A stretch of 51,021 nt of DNA, filler included, from Basidioascus undulatus (taxonomy: Eukaryota): the NCBI GenBank assembly GCA_000826855.1. It is 3 parts of 3 records of this genome, joined end to end, with 100 filler letters (N's around TTAATTAATTAA, not from the genome) between each part and the next. Parts side by side here need not be neighbours in the genome. Positions count along the whole stretch, not along the records: positions 34,111 to 51,021 come from JTLS01000558.1; 2 more parts are not named here. One strand, 5' to 3'. A model generated the notes under the pieces. The model was not told the DNA's origin and did not search any database. It was given only the letters and a program-made list of their open reading frames with translations. This document shows, in pieces, positions 48,917 to 51,021 of the stretch (positions within the stretch are counted from its first letter, which is position 1; each line of letters starts with the position of its first letter). Position numbers and translations under genes: made by a program.

Positions 48917-50368
48917 ATGAGTTTCGGTGGCTTCTCGTATGTAAATTTGCGCAACACCGCTCAGACTCCTACCGCTCACACCCCGAGCTCCACAGCTTCG
49001 GCGCGCCCGCCTCCTCCGCCGCGTCCTCGTCCGCCGCACCCGCCGCGGCGTCCCCCTTCTCCTTCGGCAACCTGGGCGCCCCTAAGCCCGCGACTCCCGC
49101 GCCCGCGTCCGCATTCGGCGGCTTTGGCGCGCCCGCGAGTAGCGGGACGAGCTTGTTCGGCGCGCCTGCGCCGGCGAGCGGGACCAGCTTGTTTGGGCAG
49201 CCCGCGCCGGCTGCGAGTGGGTCGCTGTTCGGAGGGGCTGGGTCGTGAGTGATTCTTCTTCTTGATAGCTCGGAGGTGGGGCAGGAGTGCTCTTTCTAGC
49301 GAGGCTGTACTGACCTGGTGCGGGAATCTCGCAGCACCCTCACCTCCCAACCACAACCTGCCAAGTGCGCCAATCTTGACATCCTCTCCTCCGGAGAGAA
49401 CCAGCACTCATCCAGTTTTCCCCGCAGCCCCTTCGCCGCCTCCGCCCCCGGCGCGTCCACCTCCCAACCCGCCCAGCCCGCCGTCCAGCTCTCCCGCACA
49501 ACCAAATTCAACGACCTCCCCGATCCGCACCGCAAAGCCCTAGAAGACATCGAGTGCGTCTCTCTTCCTCCTCCCCATCACTCCCCAGGTCCCCCGGCTG
49601 ACACCTCCATCCGTACCACAGCACATTCATCCAAGCGCGCTCGCAAATCGCGCTCTCCCTGCGCTCCGCTCCGCTGGGGCAGGACGTCCAGCGCGGGTCG
49701 GCGCTCCTCGCGCAGGTGCAGCACGAGCTCGCGAGCCTGACGTCCCAGCTGGCACACACGAGCGCCGCGCTCGACGCGCTCCGGAGGGACGTGGACCTCG
49801 ACACGCAGCGCGCGCTCATCGCGACGCGCGTGGTGGACGGGTACCGCAAGCCGCAGGAGAAGGGCGGGTGGTTGAAGACGTACAAGGACTTCCCGGTCGA
49901 GTGAGTCGGTGGAGGGCGGGGATGTGGAGGAAAGAGATGCTGAGATGTGCGGCGGCTACAGGTACTTCTCGGAAGTGGCGGAGGACTTACGGCAAAGACT
50001 ACAGCGCTACAGTGCCACGCTCGAGGTCCGTCTCATTCTCCCACGCACTCCGGGAAGCCCCTCTCTGACCCTCTCACACCGCTTTACAGCAAGTCGAGCG
50101 CCACCTCTCCTCGCACGCCGATGTTCCCGGCGGGGGCGCGCAGCAGTACTCGCCGCAGGCGATCGCACACATCCTCCAGGCGCAGCACCAGACGTTCATG
50201 TCGCTCGCGTCGAGCATCGCGGGCCTCCAGTCGGACGTGAACGACCTCAAGGACGCGTACCGCGAGGTGTGGCGCGCCAAGACTGGGCGCGGGGGGGACC
50301 CGTTCTTTGGTGTCAGCGTGGAGGGCAGGGAAGGGGGGCTGCCCGTTGCGGGGCTCGCGTTGCGGTAG
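48917..50368 (+). CDS. FG-repeat central-channel nucleoporin, Nup49/Nup58-like
   Basis: MSFGGFS|FG... with SLFG repeats, then TKFNDLP...LEDI, coiled coils, FPVE|YF, LQRYSATLE|QVERHL, LQAQHQTFMSLA and YREVWRAKTG...DPF. Confidence 0.88.
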
Positions 50369-50492
50369 AAGGTGATGCATTATTGCTGCTTGGACTTTTG
50401 AGGAGTGCCGCTGCTCAGGCTTGGTGCTATCTGCTGTTTGCGTTTGAATTTCCGCTGCAGTCGAAGCGCAGGCGGAAAATAACGATAATTTC

Positions 50493-51021
50493 TCATGCAC
50501 CTCCCTCCTTCGCCCCGCCACTCGGCGCAGCGTCAGTCCCCGACCGCACGGCCGCCGCCGCCGCCGATGCCTCCCCCGTCGAAGCCTTCCACCTCGCCAG
50601 CCTCCTCGCGCGCTGCTCCTCCTTCTTATAGTTCTTCGCCGCATTCCTGCTCCGCAGCGCCGCCGCCTCCCCGCTATCCGGCGCGGCGTCCCGCTTCGCC
50701 CTTTGCTCCTCCAAGAACGCCTGCACGCGCGCGTCGACCACCTGCGACACCGACAACGACACTGGGGTGGCGTCTGCAGGAGGGGGCGCGAGGTCGTCCA
50801 GTGTCCAGCGCCCAAACTTCCCTTCCCGGAAAGACGTGAACAGGAATTTGGCGCTCGCTTCGAGGTCGGGGATCCCGCCTTTCGCGAGCGCGCCGATGCG
50901 TGTTGCGAGGGCGCAGAGGAGGTCGGTGGAGGAGTTGGTGGGCGCGTGCGAGGAGCCGAGGGGGCGGCATGGGGACTGGGACGGAGGACGTGTAGGAGTG
51001 GTCGGAGAAGTGGGTGGGCGT
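50493..51021 (-). CDS. MTG1: mitochondrial ribosome-associated GTPase 1 (RbgA/YlqF family), 3' end
   Basis: PTNSSTDLLCALATRIGALAKGGIPDLEASAKFLFTSFREGKFGRWTLDDL is the C-terminal helical motif of Mtg1/RbgA. The gene continues beyond the window. Confidence 0.8.
   Translation of the reverse strand, partial: RPPTSPTTPTRPPSQSPCRPLGSSHAPTNSSTDLLCALATRIGALAKGGIPDLEASAKFLFTSFREGKFGRWTLDDLAPPPADATPVSLSVSQVVDARVQAFLEEQRAKRDAAPDSGEAAALRSRNAAKNYKKEEQRARRLARWKASTGEASAAAAAVRSGTDAAPSGGAKEGGA

Overview
This window is intron-rich fungal genomic DNA. Short GT-AG introns and the gene families present point to a basidiomycete, probably Pucciniomycotina (inferred). It comes from a draft assembly with two 100-nt gap spacers (N44-TTAATTAATTAA-N44). 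Exon structures were rebuilt by hand from splice signals and reading frame, and protein families were assigned from remembered motifs; no searches were run. Apparently intact genes: an L-arabinokinase-N-terminal-like protein (5' partial), a CsbD/Hmp1-like protein, a Con-10/KGG stress protein, a family-I inorganic pyrophosphatase with a signal peptide, a UDP-galactose transporter (cut by a gap), a C2H2 + fungal-specific-domain transcription factor, a Dal5-like MFS permease, HAM1/ITPase, a small secreted protein built from one repeat per exon, a Nup49/Nup58-like nucleoporin, and the 3' end of MTG1. There are three tRNA genes (Tyr-GTA, Pro-AGG, Lys-CTT). An in-frame chimera joins a mitochondrial AAA-ATPase N-terminus to the C-terminal part of EFM4. 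Between these lie many pseudogenes (kinase-like, three F-box-like, RRM, carboxypeptidase S, a secreted protein, a membrane protein) and faint transposon relics. The strongest candidates for something new are the secreted pyrophosphatase with intact catalytic motifs and the exon-per-repeat secreted protein.
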